A stretch of 58,800 nt of DNA, counting the filler. It is 4 parts of 4 records of this genome, joined end to end, with 100 filler letters (N's around TTAATTAATTAA, not from the genome) between each part and the next. Parts side by side here need not be neighbours in the genome. Positions count along the whole stretch, not along the records: positions 30,685 to 58,800 come from SRR22947725_1189; 3 more parts are not named here. One strand, given 5' to 3'. The translations under genes were made by a program, and so were the position numbers. Shown here piece after piece: positions 31,262 to 41,077 of this stretch (positions within the stretch are counted from its first letter, which is position 1; each line of letters starts with the position of its first letter). The notes below the pieces were generated by a model. It worked only from the letters and a program-made list of their open reading frames with translations. It searched no databases and was not told where the DNA came from.

Positions 31262-32398
31262 ATGTTTAATGATATTATCGAACTAATTAGAACAAAATAT
31301 AATTCAGATAATTATATTTCTTTACATGAGCCAGTATTTCGAGGTAATGAAAAGAAATATTTAGAAAAGTGTATTGATTCAACTTATGTATCCAGTGTAG
31401 GAACTTTTGTGGATAAGTTTGAAAATTTAATGAACAATATTACCCAAACAAAAAGAACAACAGCAGTAGTTAACGGTACTTCAGCACTTCAAGTAGGACT
31501 AAGATTGATTGGAGTTAACAAAAACGATGAAGTAATAACTCAAGCTTTAACCTTTGTTGCTACAGCAAATGCAATAGTTTATAATTATGCTCATCCAATA
31601 TTCTTAGATGTAGATTTCGATACAATGGGTTTGTCACCAAATGCAGTAAGTGATTTTCTAGAAGAATTTGGAGAATTACGAGAAGACGGTTGCTATAATA
31701 AAAGTACAGGAAGAAAAATTTCAGCTTGTATGCCAATGCATACTTTTGGGTTTCCAGTTCATTTAGATGAATTAATTAAAGTCTGTAATTCTTGGAAAAT
31801 ACCCATTATTGAGGATGCTGCTGAATCTCTTGGAAGTCAGTACAAAGATAAACCTCTCGGTGGTTTTGGAGAATTAGCGGCATTTTCTTTCAATGGAAAT
31901 AAAATAGTTACTGCTGGTGCAGGTGGAGCTATCACTACAAAAAATATTGAATTAGGGGATCGAGCAAAATTTCTTACTACAACAGCAAAAGAACCTCATA
32001 AATACAAATTCATTCATAATGAAATAGGATATAATTTTAGAATGCCTAATATCAATGCAGCTCTTGGTTGTGCGCAATTAGAACAACTACCATTTTTTTT
32101 AGAAAACAAGAGAAATTTAGCTAAAGATTATGAAGTATTTTTTAAGGAAAAAGGTATGAAATTTAGAACCGAGACCCAAGGTACTAAAGCAAATTATTGG
32201 CTAATGTGTTTAGAATTAGAAAATAAAAAAGATTATGACAACTTTCTAAAAGATACTAATGAATCAAATATTATGACAAGACCAGTTTGGGAGTTAATGA
32301 CAAATTTACCTATGTATTCTCATTGTCAAAGAGATAGTCAAAAAAATGCAGTAAAACTTAAAGATGTAATAATTAATATACCAAGTGGTGTAAGATAA
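31262..32398 (+). CDS. legC: LegC-family PLP aminotransferase
   Basis: ISLHEPVF, STYVSSVG, EDAAESLG, SFNGNKI, GYNFRMPNINAA. Confidence 0.9.
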   Translation: MFNDIIELIRTKYNSDNYISLHEPVFRGNEKKYLEKCIDSTYVSSVGTFVDKFENLMNNITQTKRTTAVVNGTSALQVGLRLIGVNKNDEVITQALTFVATANAIVYNYAHPIFLDVDFDTMGLSPNAVSDFLEEFGELREDGCYNKSTGRKISACMPMHTFGFPVHLDELIKVCNSWKIPIIEDAAESLGSQYKDKPLGGFGELAAFSFNGNKIVTAGAGGAITTKNIELGDRAKFLTTTAKEPHKYKFIHNEIGYNFRMPNINAALGCAQLEQLPFFLENKRNLAKDYEVFFKEKGMKFRTETQGTKANYWLMCLELENKKDYDNFLKDTNESNIMTRPVWELMTNLPMYSHCQRDSQKNAVKLKDVIINIPSGVR

Positions 32399-32985
32399 TG
32401 GAAGAGCTTAAGAAGAATATAGTTTTAATTGGTGGTGGAGGTCATTGTGTTTCTGTAATAGATATTATCGAAAATGGAAATGAATTTAATATTATAGGTA
32501 TAATAGATACTAGTAATTTTGAAAATAATATTTTAGGCTATAAAATATTAGGAGATGATAATTTAATTCCTGAATTAGTTAATGAAAATACCTATTTTTT
32601 AATTACAGTAGGACAAATAAAGAGTTACTCCATAAGAAAAAATATATCAAAAATTTTGAAACAAAACAATGCAAAACTAGCCACTGTTATATCTCCTCTA
32701 GCTTATGTCTCTAAATATGCATCTGTTGAAGAAGGTTCAATTATAATGAATCACGCAGTTGTAAATGCTAAATCTAGAATTGGAAAGAATTGTATAATAA
32801 ATACTAAGTCGAATATTGAACATGGCGTTTTAATTGAGGACTATTGTCATATCTCTACATGTGCCGTTGTAAATGGTGACGTTATAATTAAAAAAGGATC
32901 TTTTATTGGAAGTAATGCAACTATTTCTAATGGAGTTTTAATTGAAGAGAATAGTATCATCAGTGCAGGTAAATTTATTAAATAA
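32398..32985 (+). CDS. NeuD/PglD-family hexapeptide N-acetyltransferase
   Basis: IGGGGH, left-handed beta-helix repeats, IEH. Confidence 0.88.
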   Translation: MEELKKNIVLIGGGGHCVSVIDIIENGNEFNIIGIIDTSNFENNILGYKILGDDNLIPELVNENTYFLITVGQIKSYSIRKNISKILKQNNAKLATVISPLAYVSKYASVEEGSIIMNHAVVNAKSRIGKNCIINTKSNIEHGVLIEDYCHISTCAVVNGDVIIKKGSFIGSNATISNGVLIEENSIISAGKFIK

Positions 32986-34007
32986 TGAATAAAACTATAA
33001 TAATTGCTGAAGCTGGAGTTAACCATAACGGAGATATTCAAAAAGCTAAAAGACTTATTGATGTAGCTGTCGATTCTGGAGTTGATTATGTGAAGTTTCA
33101 AACATTTAAAGCAGAAACAATAGTTAGTCCAAGTGCAAAAAAAGCAAACTATCAATCTAAAAATATAAATGATAGTGACGATTCTCAATTTAGAATGCTC
33201 AAAAATTTAGAGTTAACAGATGAGGATCACCAAGAACTAATCATTTATTGTAATGAAAAAGGAATTAAGTTTTTTTCTACAGCTTTTGATGTAGAAGGTG
33301 TAAACTATTTAGATTCACTAAATTTTGATTTTTTTAAAATACCAAGTGGAGAAATAACAAATTACCCTTATTTAAGAGCTGTCTCTGAAAAACGTAAACC
33401 TATAATTTTATCTACCGGAATGGCTACTCTTGATGAGATAGAAAAAGCGTTAGATGTTATTTATGAATTTGGAGTAAATCGGAAAGACGTTACTATTTTA
33501 CATTGTAATACAGAATACCCTACACCAATGGGTGATGTTAATTTAAAGGCAATGAATTCTATAGGAGAAAAATTTGATGTTAAAATTGGATATTCAGATC
33601 ATACGCTAGGTATTGAAATTCCAATAGCTGCAGTTGCTTTAGGGGCTGTTGTTATTGAAAAACATTTTACGTTAGATAGAAATCTTCCAGGACCAGATCA
33701 TAAGGCTTCATTAGAACCATTAGAATTAAAGAAAATGGTAACTTCTATTAGGAATGTTGAAGAATCAATTTCTGGAAACGGAGAGAAAAAACCAAGTATA
33801 AGTGAGTCAAAAAATATTTTCATTACTCGTAAAAGTATTCACCTGAATAAAGATATGAGTAAAGGAAGAGTCATATCAGAAAAAGATATTATTCCATTAA
33901 GACCAGGGGATGGAATTTCTGCATTTCATTGGAATGATGTGATTGGTAAGAAACTAAATATAGATAAAGCTGGGTTTGATAAATTAAATTGGAGTGATTT
34001 AACATGA
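32985..34007 (+). CDS. neuB: nonulosonic (legionaminic) acid synthase, LegI/NeuB
   Basis: IAEAGVNHNG, KIPSGE, LHCNTEYP, GYSDHT, EKHFTLD, C-terminal AFP-like domain. Confidence 0.93.
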   Translation: MNKTIIIAEAGVNHNGDIQKAKRLIDVAVDSGVDYVKFQTFKAETIVSPSAKKANYQSKNINDSDDSQFRMLKNLELTDEDHQELIIYCNEKGIKFFSTAFDVEGVNYLDSLNFDFFKIPSGEITNYPYLRAVSEKRKPIILSTGMATLDEIEKALDVIYEFGVNRKDVTILHCNTEYPTPMGDVNLKAMNSIGEKFDVKIGYSDHTLGIEIPIAAVALGAVVIEKHFTLDRNLPGPDHKASLEPLELKKMVTSIRNVEESISGNGEKKPSISESKNIFITRKSIHLNKDMSKGRVISEKDIIPLRPGDGISAFHWNDVIGKKLNIDKAGFDKLNWSDLT

Positions 34008-35110
34008 AAATAGGAGTATTAACCAGCTCAAGAGCGGATTATGGGATTTATAAGCCTTTGCTTTCTAAACTATCTTTTGATACTAGATTTGATTTATCTA
34101 TTATTGTTTTTGGAATGCATTTGCAGACTCAACATGGTAATACAGTTGGCGCAATTGAGAATGATAATTTTGGAATTATTCATAGAGTAGAAGGAATGCC
34201 AACAAAGGATTCTACTTTAGATATATCAAAAGGATACGGACAAATAATTACCAAGTTTTCTTATTATTGGAATACAAATAAGTTTGACTGTGTATTAGCA
34301 TTAGGAGATCGATTTGAAATGAGCGCTGCTGTTCAAGCTGGAATTCCATTTAATATTAAATTTGCTCATTTACACGGTGGAGAAACAACAAAAGGTGCTA
34401 TTGATAATATCTATAGACATCAAATAACGCTAGCTTCAAAAATTCATTTTGTCTCTTCTGAAAAATTCATTAAAAGAGTTGAAAACTTAATTAATGATTC
34501 AAAAAACATCTATAATGTAGGTGCATTAAGTTTAGATGGAATTAATGAAATAAAATTACCAAATTGGAAAGATGTTAGAGAAAAATTCAATATACCAGAT
34601 AAGCCATTTACATTAGTCACGTTTCATCCAGAGACAATTAATATTGAGAGAAATGATTTTTTCTCTTCTATAATTTATAGTACACTTGAAGTTATATGTA
34701 AAGATAAACATGTAGTAATTACGTTGCCAAATGCTGATACTATGGGAAGTGTGTTTAGAAATTCATTTTTAAAAATAAAAGAAAACTACCCTGAAAATAT
34801 TTCTCTGGTAAAAAGTTTTGGTAAAGAAAATTATTTTTCAGCAATGAAAGCCTCAGAGTTGTTAATAGGGAATTCTTCTAGTGGAATTTTGGAAGCAGCC
34901 TCTTTCGGTAAATTTGTAATAAATGTTGGAGAAAGACAATCTGGTCGATTAAAAAGTGAAAATGTAATTGATGTCCCGTTTAATAAAGAAGAAATAATTA
35001 ATAGCGTAAAAAAAATAGCTACTAATAAAGAATATATTGGAGGTAATGTATATTACAAGTCAGATACTGCAAAAAAAATAATTGAAATTTTAGCTAAGAA
35101 TGAACTATAA
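34004..35110 (+). CDS. neuC: hydrolysing NDP-sugar 2-epimerase, LegG/NeuC
   Basis: SRADYG, LGDRFE, HLHGGE, GNSSSG, GERQ.GR. Confidence 0.93.
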   Translation: MKIGVLTSSRADYGIYKPLLSKLSFDTRFDLSIIVFGMHLQTQHGNTVGAIENDNFGIIHRVEGMPTKDSTLDISKGYGQIITKFSYYWNTNKFDCVLALGDRFEMSAAVQAGIPFNIKFAHLHGGETTKGAIDNIYRHQITLASKIHFVSSEKFIKRVENLINDSKNIYNVGALSLDGINEIKLPNWKDVREKFNIPDKPFTLVTFHPETINIERNDFFSSIIYSTLEVICKDKHVVITLPNADTMGSVFRNSFLKIKENYPENISLVKSFGKENYFSAMKASELLIGNSSSGILEAASFGKFVINVGERQSGRLKSENVIDVPFNKEEIINSVKKIATNKEYIGGNVYYKSDTAKKIIEILAKNEL

Positions 35111-36143
35111 AAAACACTTAATTGAAGAAAAGAGTACAATTAAAAAGGCTTTAGAATTGTTAGGTAAAGCTGGTGAAGAAACAATTTTATTTGTCGTTAA
35201 TGGCATGCATGAATTAAAAGGAAGTATAACAGATGGTGATGTTCGAAGAGGTTTGTTAAAAGGCTTGTCAATTAATGATGATATTTATAAGGTTTTAAAT
35301 GAAAAACCAAAGTTTATAAAAAAAGAAAATTATTCTATTGATGAGATCAAAAACTTAAGAGATAACAACTATCATATTATACCAGTTTTAGATAAGAATA
35401 ATGTGATATTAAATATTTTAAATTTTAAGTTATTAAAATCATATTTACCAATAGACTCTGTAGTTATGGCAGGAGGGTTAGGAAGCCGATTAAAGCCTTT
35501 AACAGATAGTGTACCAAAACCATTATTAAAAGTTGGAGATAAAACAATAATAGATCACAATATTGACAGATTAAGGAAGTTTGGAATTGATGATTTTTGG
35601 ATTTCAGTTCGTTATTTAGGAGAACAAATTGAAGATCATTTTAAAGATGGAAAGAGTAGGGATATTAAAGTTGAATATGTTTATGAAGATAGCCCTTTAG
35701 GTACTATTGGAGCTGTAAGTCAAATACGCAACTTTAATCATGACTATATTTTGATAACTAATTCTGATATTTTAACGAATTTAAATTACGAAGACTTTTT
35801 TATTGATTTTATAAATAAAGATGCTGATATGTCTGTGTTAACAATACCTTACAATGTAGATATTCCTTATGCTGTTATGGAAACAAAAGATAATAGAGTG
35901 TTGTCATTTAAGGAAAAACCAACCTACACATATTATTCTAATGGGGGGGTATATCTTATTAAAAAATCGATTTTAGGTAAAATACCTAAAGATCAATTTT
36001 TTAACAGTACGGATTTAATGGAGCAATTGATAAAAGAAAACCTTAAATTAATTTCCTATCCAATGCGTAAATATTGGTTGGATATAGGCAGCCTAAAAGA
36101 TTATGCAAAGGCCCAAGAAGATATTAAGCACATAAATTTTTAG
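35100..36143 (+). CDS. CBS-domain sugar-phosphate nucleotidyltransferase (PtmE/LegX-like)
   Basis: N-terminal CBS (ITDGDVRRG), MAGGLGSRL, PKPLL, WLDIG. Confidence 0.88.
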   Translation: MNYKKHLIEEKSTIKKALELLGKAGEETILFVVNGMHELKGSITDGDVRRGLLKGLSINDDIYKVLNEKPKFIKKENYSIDEIKNLRDNNYHIIPVLDKNNVILNILNFKLLKSYLPIDSVVMAGGLGSRLKPLTDSVPKPLLKVGDKTIIDHNIDRLRKFGIDDFWISVRYLGEQIEDHFKDGKSRDIKVEYVYEDSPLGTIGAVSQIRNFNHDYILITNSDILTNLNYEDFFIDFINKDADMSVLTIPYNVDIPYAVMETKDNRVLSFKEKPTYTYYSNGGVYLIKKSILGKIPKDQFFNSTDLMEQLIKENLKLISYPMRKYWLDIGSLKDYAKAQEDIKHINF

Positions 36144-36144
36144 G

Positions 36145-36867
36145 ATGAAAATATTGATTACAATTTGTGGGCGTGGTGGATCAAAGGGAATTCCAGGGAA
36201 AAATATTAAAGTAATTTCAGGAAAACCTCTTATTAATTATACGATTGAGCTAACAGAAAGAATCAAAGAAAAATGGAATGCTAAAGTCGCACTGTCAACT
36301 GATGATGAATTAATAAAAAAAGCTGCAGAAAAATGTAATTTATTTACAGAATATATAAGACCTTCTGTTTTGGCTTCTGATAGTGCAGGTAAAATAGATA
36401 CTATATTAGATTTACTTACCTATGAGGAATCTTTATTAAATCATAAATTTGATTACATTCTAGATTTAGACATAACTTCACCCCTCAGGACTCTAGATGA
36501 TATTGAGAACTCTTTTGATTTAATACACAATAATCCTAATGCACTCACTTTGTTTTCAGTAAATGCTGCACAGAGGAATCCTTATTTTAATATGGTCGAA
36601 GAGAATTCTTCGGGGTTTTATACTTTAGTTAAGAAAGATGAGCAAGGAGCAGTTATGACTAGACAGAGCGCACCCAAAGTGTATGATTTAAACGCCTCTT
36701 TTTATTGGTACAAAAGAATTTTTTTTGATATGGAATTGAAGTCTCCAATCACTAATAAATCGTTAATTTATGAAATGGATCATGTTTGTTTTGATTTAGA
36801 TCATCCAGTAGATTTTTTGTTTTTAGAGTATTTATTAGATAATAAAAAATTGGATTTTATACGATGA
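36145..36867 (+). CDS. neuA: CMP-nonulosonic acid synthetase (LegF/NeuA family)
   Basis: RGGSKGIPGKN, STDD, TSPLR, RQ.AP. Confidence 0.9.
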   Translation: MKILITICGRGGSKGIPGKNIKVISGKPLINYTIELTERIKEKWNAKVALSTDDELIKKAAEKCNLFTEYIRPSVLASDSAGKIDTILDLLTYEESLLNHKFDYILDLDITSPLRTLDDIENSFDLIHNNPNALTLFSVNAAQRNPYFNMVEENSSGFYTLVKKDEQGAVMTRQSAPKVYDLNASFYWYKRIFFDMELKSPITNKSLIYEMDHVCFDLDHPVDFLFLEYLLDNKKLDFIR

Positions 36868-37799
36868 ATGTATTAATAATTGGATTAGGGTCTATTGCTA
36901 AGAAGCATATTGAAGCTTTACATTCCTTGAAACTTGATTTTGAAATTTATGCTCTAAGATCAAAAAAGAATTCTAAAAAATATCAAGGGGTTACTAATTT
37001 ATATAATTTAAAAAAAGCTAATTTAGTTTTTGATTTTGCTATTATATCTAATCCAACACATCTTCACTTAAAGTATATTGAAATATTAATGCAAAGAGAT
37101 GTGAATCTTTTTATAGAAAAGCCACCATTACATAGTTTACAAGGAGTTGAAAGTTTGATACTTAAATTAAAAGAAAAGAACATATCTACATATGTAGCTT
37201 GTAACCTAAGGTTTCATCCATGTATTCTTTTTCTTAAAAAGTATATTAATGAAAACAATCTAAAAATAATAAACGAAGTAAATGTTTATTGTGGCTCTTA
37301 CTTACCTGATTGGAGGCCAAACACGGATTTTAGAAAAATTTATAGCGCGAACCCAGAATTAGGAGGAGGAGTTCATTTAGACTTGTTTCATGAGTTAGAT
37401 TATACACATTGGCTATTTGGAAAGCCTGTTAATACTCATCGATTTACCAGAAGCGTTTCATCTCTTGATATTTGTTCTATTGACTATGCTAATTATATTT
37501 TAGAATACGAAAAATTTACAGTTAATATTATTCTTAATTATTTTCGAAAAGATTCTAAACGCACAATTGAAATTTTATTTGATGATGAGACATTTATCAT
37601 AGATTTAATTAATAATACAATTATTAACAGTAAAGGAGAAGTTATTTATAAGAATGAAGAATTTAAAATATTAGATACTTATAGAAATCAAATGAATTTA
37701 TTTGTTAATAATTTGAAGAAAAATAAAAAACAAATTAATACTTTCGCGAACTCAATTGATGTCCTTAAAACATGTTTAAGTGGAGAAATTACTAGATAA
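36864..37799 (+). CDS. Gfo/Idh/MocA oxidoreductase (PtmF/ElaA-like)
   Basis: GLGSIA, EKP, YLPDWRP..DFR..YSA...GGGV.LD..HELD. Confidence 0.88.
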   Translation: MNVLIIGLGSIAKKHIEALHSLKLDFEIYALRSKKNSKKYQGVTNLYNLKKANLVFDFAIISNPTHLHLKYIEILMQRDVNLFIEKPPLHSLQGVESLILKLKEKNISTYVACNLRFHPCILFLKKYINENNLKIINEVNVYCGSYLPDWRPNTDFRKIYSANPELGGGVHLDLFHELDYTHWLFGKPVNTHRFTRSVSSLDICSIDYANYILEYEKFTVNIILNYFRKDSKRTIEILFDDETFIIDLINNTIINSKGEVIYKNEEFKILDTYRNQMNLFVNNLKKNKKQINTFANSIDVLKTCLSGEITR

Positions 37800-38523
37800 T
37801 AAAGTTATAATTGTAACAGGAGGAAATGGCTTACTTGGCCGTGAAATTGTTAAAGAAGTATTAGAGAATGGCGGGATTTGTATTAACATTGATATAAATC
37901 ATGAAACAACGAATGATTTGTCCTTACTGAAAGGAGATGTTACAAATCCTGATTCAATAAATAAATGTTTAAAATTAATTATTAGTAAATATAAAAGAAT
38001 AGATGGCTTAGTTAATAATGCGTATCCTAGAACTGCTGATTGGGGAACTAAATTTGAAAATGTTAAATATGATTCTTGGAAGAAAAATATAGATTTTCAA
38101 ATGAACAGTTATTTTTATCTTTCTCAGCAAGTTTCTAAATATATGATAATCCAGAAATCAGGTTCAATAATAAATATGGCCTCTGTATATGGTAGTGTAG
38201 GACCAGACTTTACAGTTTATGATGATACAGAGATGACTATGCCAGTTGCTTACTCAGCAATTAAAGGAGGTATAATTAACTTAAGTCGTTATTTAGCTTC
38301 TTATATAGGAAAGTATAAAATAACAGTGAATACAATATCTCCTGGTGGGATTTTTGATGATCAGAATCCAATTTTTGTCGAAAATTATAATAAAAAAGTA
38401 CCCATGAGAAGAATGGGCTTGCCAAAAGATATATCTCCCACAGTAGTTTTTTTATTGTCCGAAGGTGCAAGGTATATTACAGGTCAAAATATAATTATTG
38501 ATGGTGGTTGGACTGCGATTTAA
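37780..38523 (+). CDS. short-chain dehydrogenase (PtmA/ElaC-like)
   Basis: TGGNGLLG, NNAYPR, YSAIK, SPGGI. Confidence 0.88.
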   Translation: MEKLLDNKVIIVTGGNGLLGREIVKEVLENGGICINIDINHETTNDLSLLKGDVTNPDSINKCLKLIISKYKRIDGLVNNAYPRTADWGTKFENVKYDSWKKNIDFQMNSYFYLSQQVSKYMIIQKSGSIINMASVYGSVGPDFTVYDDTEMTMPVAYSAIKGGIINLSRYLASYIGKYKITVNTISPGGIFDDQNPIFVENYNKKVPMRRMGLPKDISPTVVFLLSEGARYITGQNIIIDGGWTAI

Positions 38524-38542
38524 ATTAATAAAAAATAAAATT

Positions 38543-39688
38543 ATGAGTAAAAAGAAAGTTTTTTGGTGTAAAACATGTTTAAATATGTCTACTAGACCTA
38601 GAATTGAATTTGATTCTAATGGAAGTTGTAATGCTTGTCTTAGAACTGAAGAAAAGAAAACTATAGATTGGGGGAATAGAAATGATGAATTGAAATTATT
38701 ATTAGATAAATATAGATCTAAAGATGGGGGGTTTGATTGTGTAGTCCCATGTAGTGGTGGGAAAGATGGTTCACATGTTGCTTACAATTTAAAACATAAA
38801 TATGGAATGAATCCTTTAGCTGTAACCATAAGACCAGCACTTTCCATGGAGTTAGGAGATAAAAATTTGTATAATTTTATACATTCAGGATATAATCATA
38901 TACATGTTACACCAAACCCAAAAGTTATGCAGGTATTAAACAAATACGGTTTTATCGAAAAAGGTTTTCCATATTATGGATGGTTAATAGCGATTCATAC
39001 AGCAGTCATTAGAACTGCTTATAACTTTAATGTACCATTAATTTTTTATGGAGAAGATGGTGAAGTTGAATACGGCGGTTCAGTAGAAAATAAAGACAGA
39101 GCTTTATATGACATAGATTACATGAAAAGAGTTTACCTTGAAGGGGGGTATGAGAAAGTGTTGAAAAAGGCTGTAGATGATGGGACATTAGAGCCTAATG
39201 ATCTTTATTTTTTTAATTTTCCAGATGATAAAGAAGTGAAGAGAAAAAATCTTTCTTTTACTCATTGGTCATATTTTGAAAATTGGGATCCTTATACAAA
39301 TTATTTGACTGCAAAAAATCATTGTGGTCTTTTAGAAAAGGATGATGCTAATTCTGGGACTTTCACTAATTTTGCTCAAAATGATCAAGCATTATATTCT
39401 TTACATGCATATTTAATGTATTTAAAGTTTGGGTTTGGTCGTGCTACACAAGACGCAGGAATTGAAATAAGAAGAAAAGCTATGACCAGAGAACAGGCTT
39501 TGAATTTGGTTAAAATTTACGATAATATGTATCCAAGTGAACATATAGAAGATTATTTAGAATATTATCAGATGACAAAGGAAGAATTTGATGTTGTAAT
39601 AGATAAATGGGTAAACAAAGATTTATTTGATAAAATTGACGGATTTTGGAGTCCAAAATTTGAAGTTGGACAAGATTTTGAAATTTAA
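38543..39688 (+). CDS. N-acetyl sugar amidotransferase (WbuX/PseA/PtmG-like, PP-loop)
   Basis: CxxC...TRP...CNAC, SGGKDGS, YGE, KFGFGRA. The likely ATG is at 38543. Confidence 0.9.
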   Translation: MSKKKVFWCKTCLNMSTRPRIEFDSNGSCNACLRTEEKKTIDWGNRNDELKLLLDKYRSKDGGFDCVVPCSGGKDGSHVAYNLKHKYGMNPLAVTIRPALSMELGDKNLYNFIHSGYNHIHVTPNPKVMQVLNKYGFIEKGFPYYGWLIAIHTAVIRTAYNFNVPLIFYGEDGEVEYGGSVENKDRALYDIDYMKRVYLEGGYEKVLKKAVDDGTLEPNDLYFFNFPDDKEVKRKNLSFTHWSYFENWDPYTNYLTAKNHCGLLEKDDANSGTFTNFAQNDQALYSLHAYLMYLKFGFGRATQDAGIEIRRKAMTREQALNLVKIYDNMYPSEHIEDYLEYYQMTKEEFDVVIDKWVNKDLFDKIDGFWSPKFEVGQDFEI

Positions 39689-39694
39689 AAAGTA

Positions 39695-40300
39695 ATGAAA
39701 ATAGTCATCGTTGATTATGGAATGGGTAATATTTATTCACTTCAAAGTGCATTAAAATATTTAGGATATAATAGTATTTGTTCAAAAGATCATAATGAAA
39801 TAGTAAATTCAGATAAAATAATTTTACCAGGAGTTGGGTCATTTAAAAACGCGATGGAAAATGTAAAAAAGTTGGAATTAGATTTATCTATTGCAGAAGC
39901 TGTTAGAGTAAAACAGACACCTATATTAGGTATATGTCTTGGTATGCAATTACTAGGAATTAGTAGTACTGAAGATGGTCTTTCTAAAGGATTAAATTTG
40001 TTTTCTGGGACAGTTGACAAGTTTAAAGATAAATCTTTTAAAGTACCACACGTTGGTTTTAATAATGTCCAATATCCTTCTGGAAGTGTTCTATATAATG
40101 GGATTAATGAAAACTCTGATTTTTATTTTGTTCATAGTTACAAAATGCAAACAGATCAAAATGGTGGTGTAGCCTTCTGCTCACATGGCGAAAAATTTGT
40201 TGCATCATTTGAGCAAGACAATATCTTTGGAACTCAGTTTCATCCAGAGAAAAGTCAAACTAACGGTTTGTTATTACTTAAAAATTTTATAAAATTTTAG
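39695..40300 (+). CDS. HisH-like glutamine amidotransferase (WbuY-like)
   Basis: DYGMGN, LPGVG, GICLGMQ, QFHPEKS. Sits inside the polysaccharide locus. Confidence 0.9.
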   Translation: MKIVIVDYGMGNIYSLQSALKYLGYNSICSKDHNEIVNSDKIILPGVGSFKNAMENVKKLELDLSIAEAVRVKQTPILGICLGMQLLGISSTEDGLSKGLNLFSGTVDKFKDKSFKVPHVGFNNVQYPSGSVLYNGINENSDFYFVHSYKMQTDQNGGVAFCSHGEKFVASFEQDNIFGTQFHPEKSQTNGLLLLKNFIKF

Positions 40301-40303
40301 ATT

Positions 40304-41077
40304 ATGAGGAAAAAGCGTTTAATTTTTACTTTACTTTATAATAATGGGCACTTTATGTTAAGTAGAAATTTTAGGCTTCAGAAAGTTGGAGATTTTAATT
40401 GGCTAAAGAAACATTATAATTTTGAAAAAATAGCTTTTTCTATAGATGAACTTATTATATTGGATGTTACAAGAGAAAATAGAAATATTAATGATTTTGC
40501 TTGTTCTGTAAAAGAAGTTATAAAAAACGTTTTTATACCAGTTGCTTGCGGTGGTGGAATTCATACAATGGAAGACGCTAAATTATTACTTAATTCTGGA
40601 GCAGATAAGATAGTTTTAAATAGTTCATTAAATAATAATAAAATACTAGTTAAAAATTTGATAAAGAATTATGGGTCGCAATTTATAGTTGGTTCTGTTG
40701 ATTTTGCCATAGAAAATAATATTAGAAATGTATATATAGAAAATGGTACAGTTAAGATTGAAAAAAAATTAGAAGATTATTTGTTAGATGTGGAACAATT
40801 ATCAATTGGTGAAATATATTTAAATTCAATTCAAAAAGACGGTACAGGACAAGGATATGATATTTCATCAATTAATGATCTTTTAAATAAGATTACAATA
40901 CCAGTTATCTTAGCAGGAGGTGCTGGTAATCATTTGCATTTAATTGATGGTTTAAAAAGAGAGAATATTGATGCTGTCGCCACTGCTAATTTATTTAATT
41001 TTCTTGGTGATGGTTTGCCTCAATCAAGAAAACAAATTCTTGAGAAAAATATAAATATAGCAAAATGGAATATTTAA
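40304..41077 (+). CDS. HisF-like cyclase-fold subunit (WbuZ-like)
   Basis: DEL..LD, GGGI, GADK, DGTGQGYD, GGAG. Divergent N-terminus. Confidence 0.85.
   Translation: MRKKRLIFTLLYNNGHFMLSRNFRLQKVGDFNWLKKHYNFEKIAFSIDELIILDVTRENRNINDFACSVKEVIKNVFIPVACGGGIHTMEDAKLLLNSGADKIVLNSSLNNNKILVKNLIKNYGSQFIVGSVDFAIENNIRNVYIENGTVKIEKKLEDYLLDVEQLSIGEIYLNSIQKDGTGQGYDISSINDLLNKITIPVILAGGAGNHLHLIDGLKRENIDAVATANLFNFLGDGLPQSRKQILEKNINIAKWNI

Noticed and set aside
39695-41077. hisH/hisF as histidine biosynthesis genes
   Set aside because: They follow an N-acetyl sugar amidotransferase within the glycan locus and the HisF copy is divergent, so they are WbuY/WbuZ-type paralogs.
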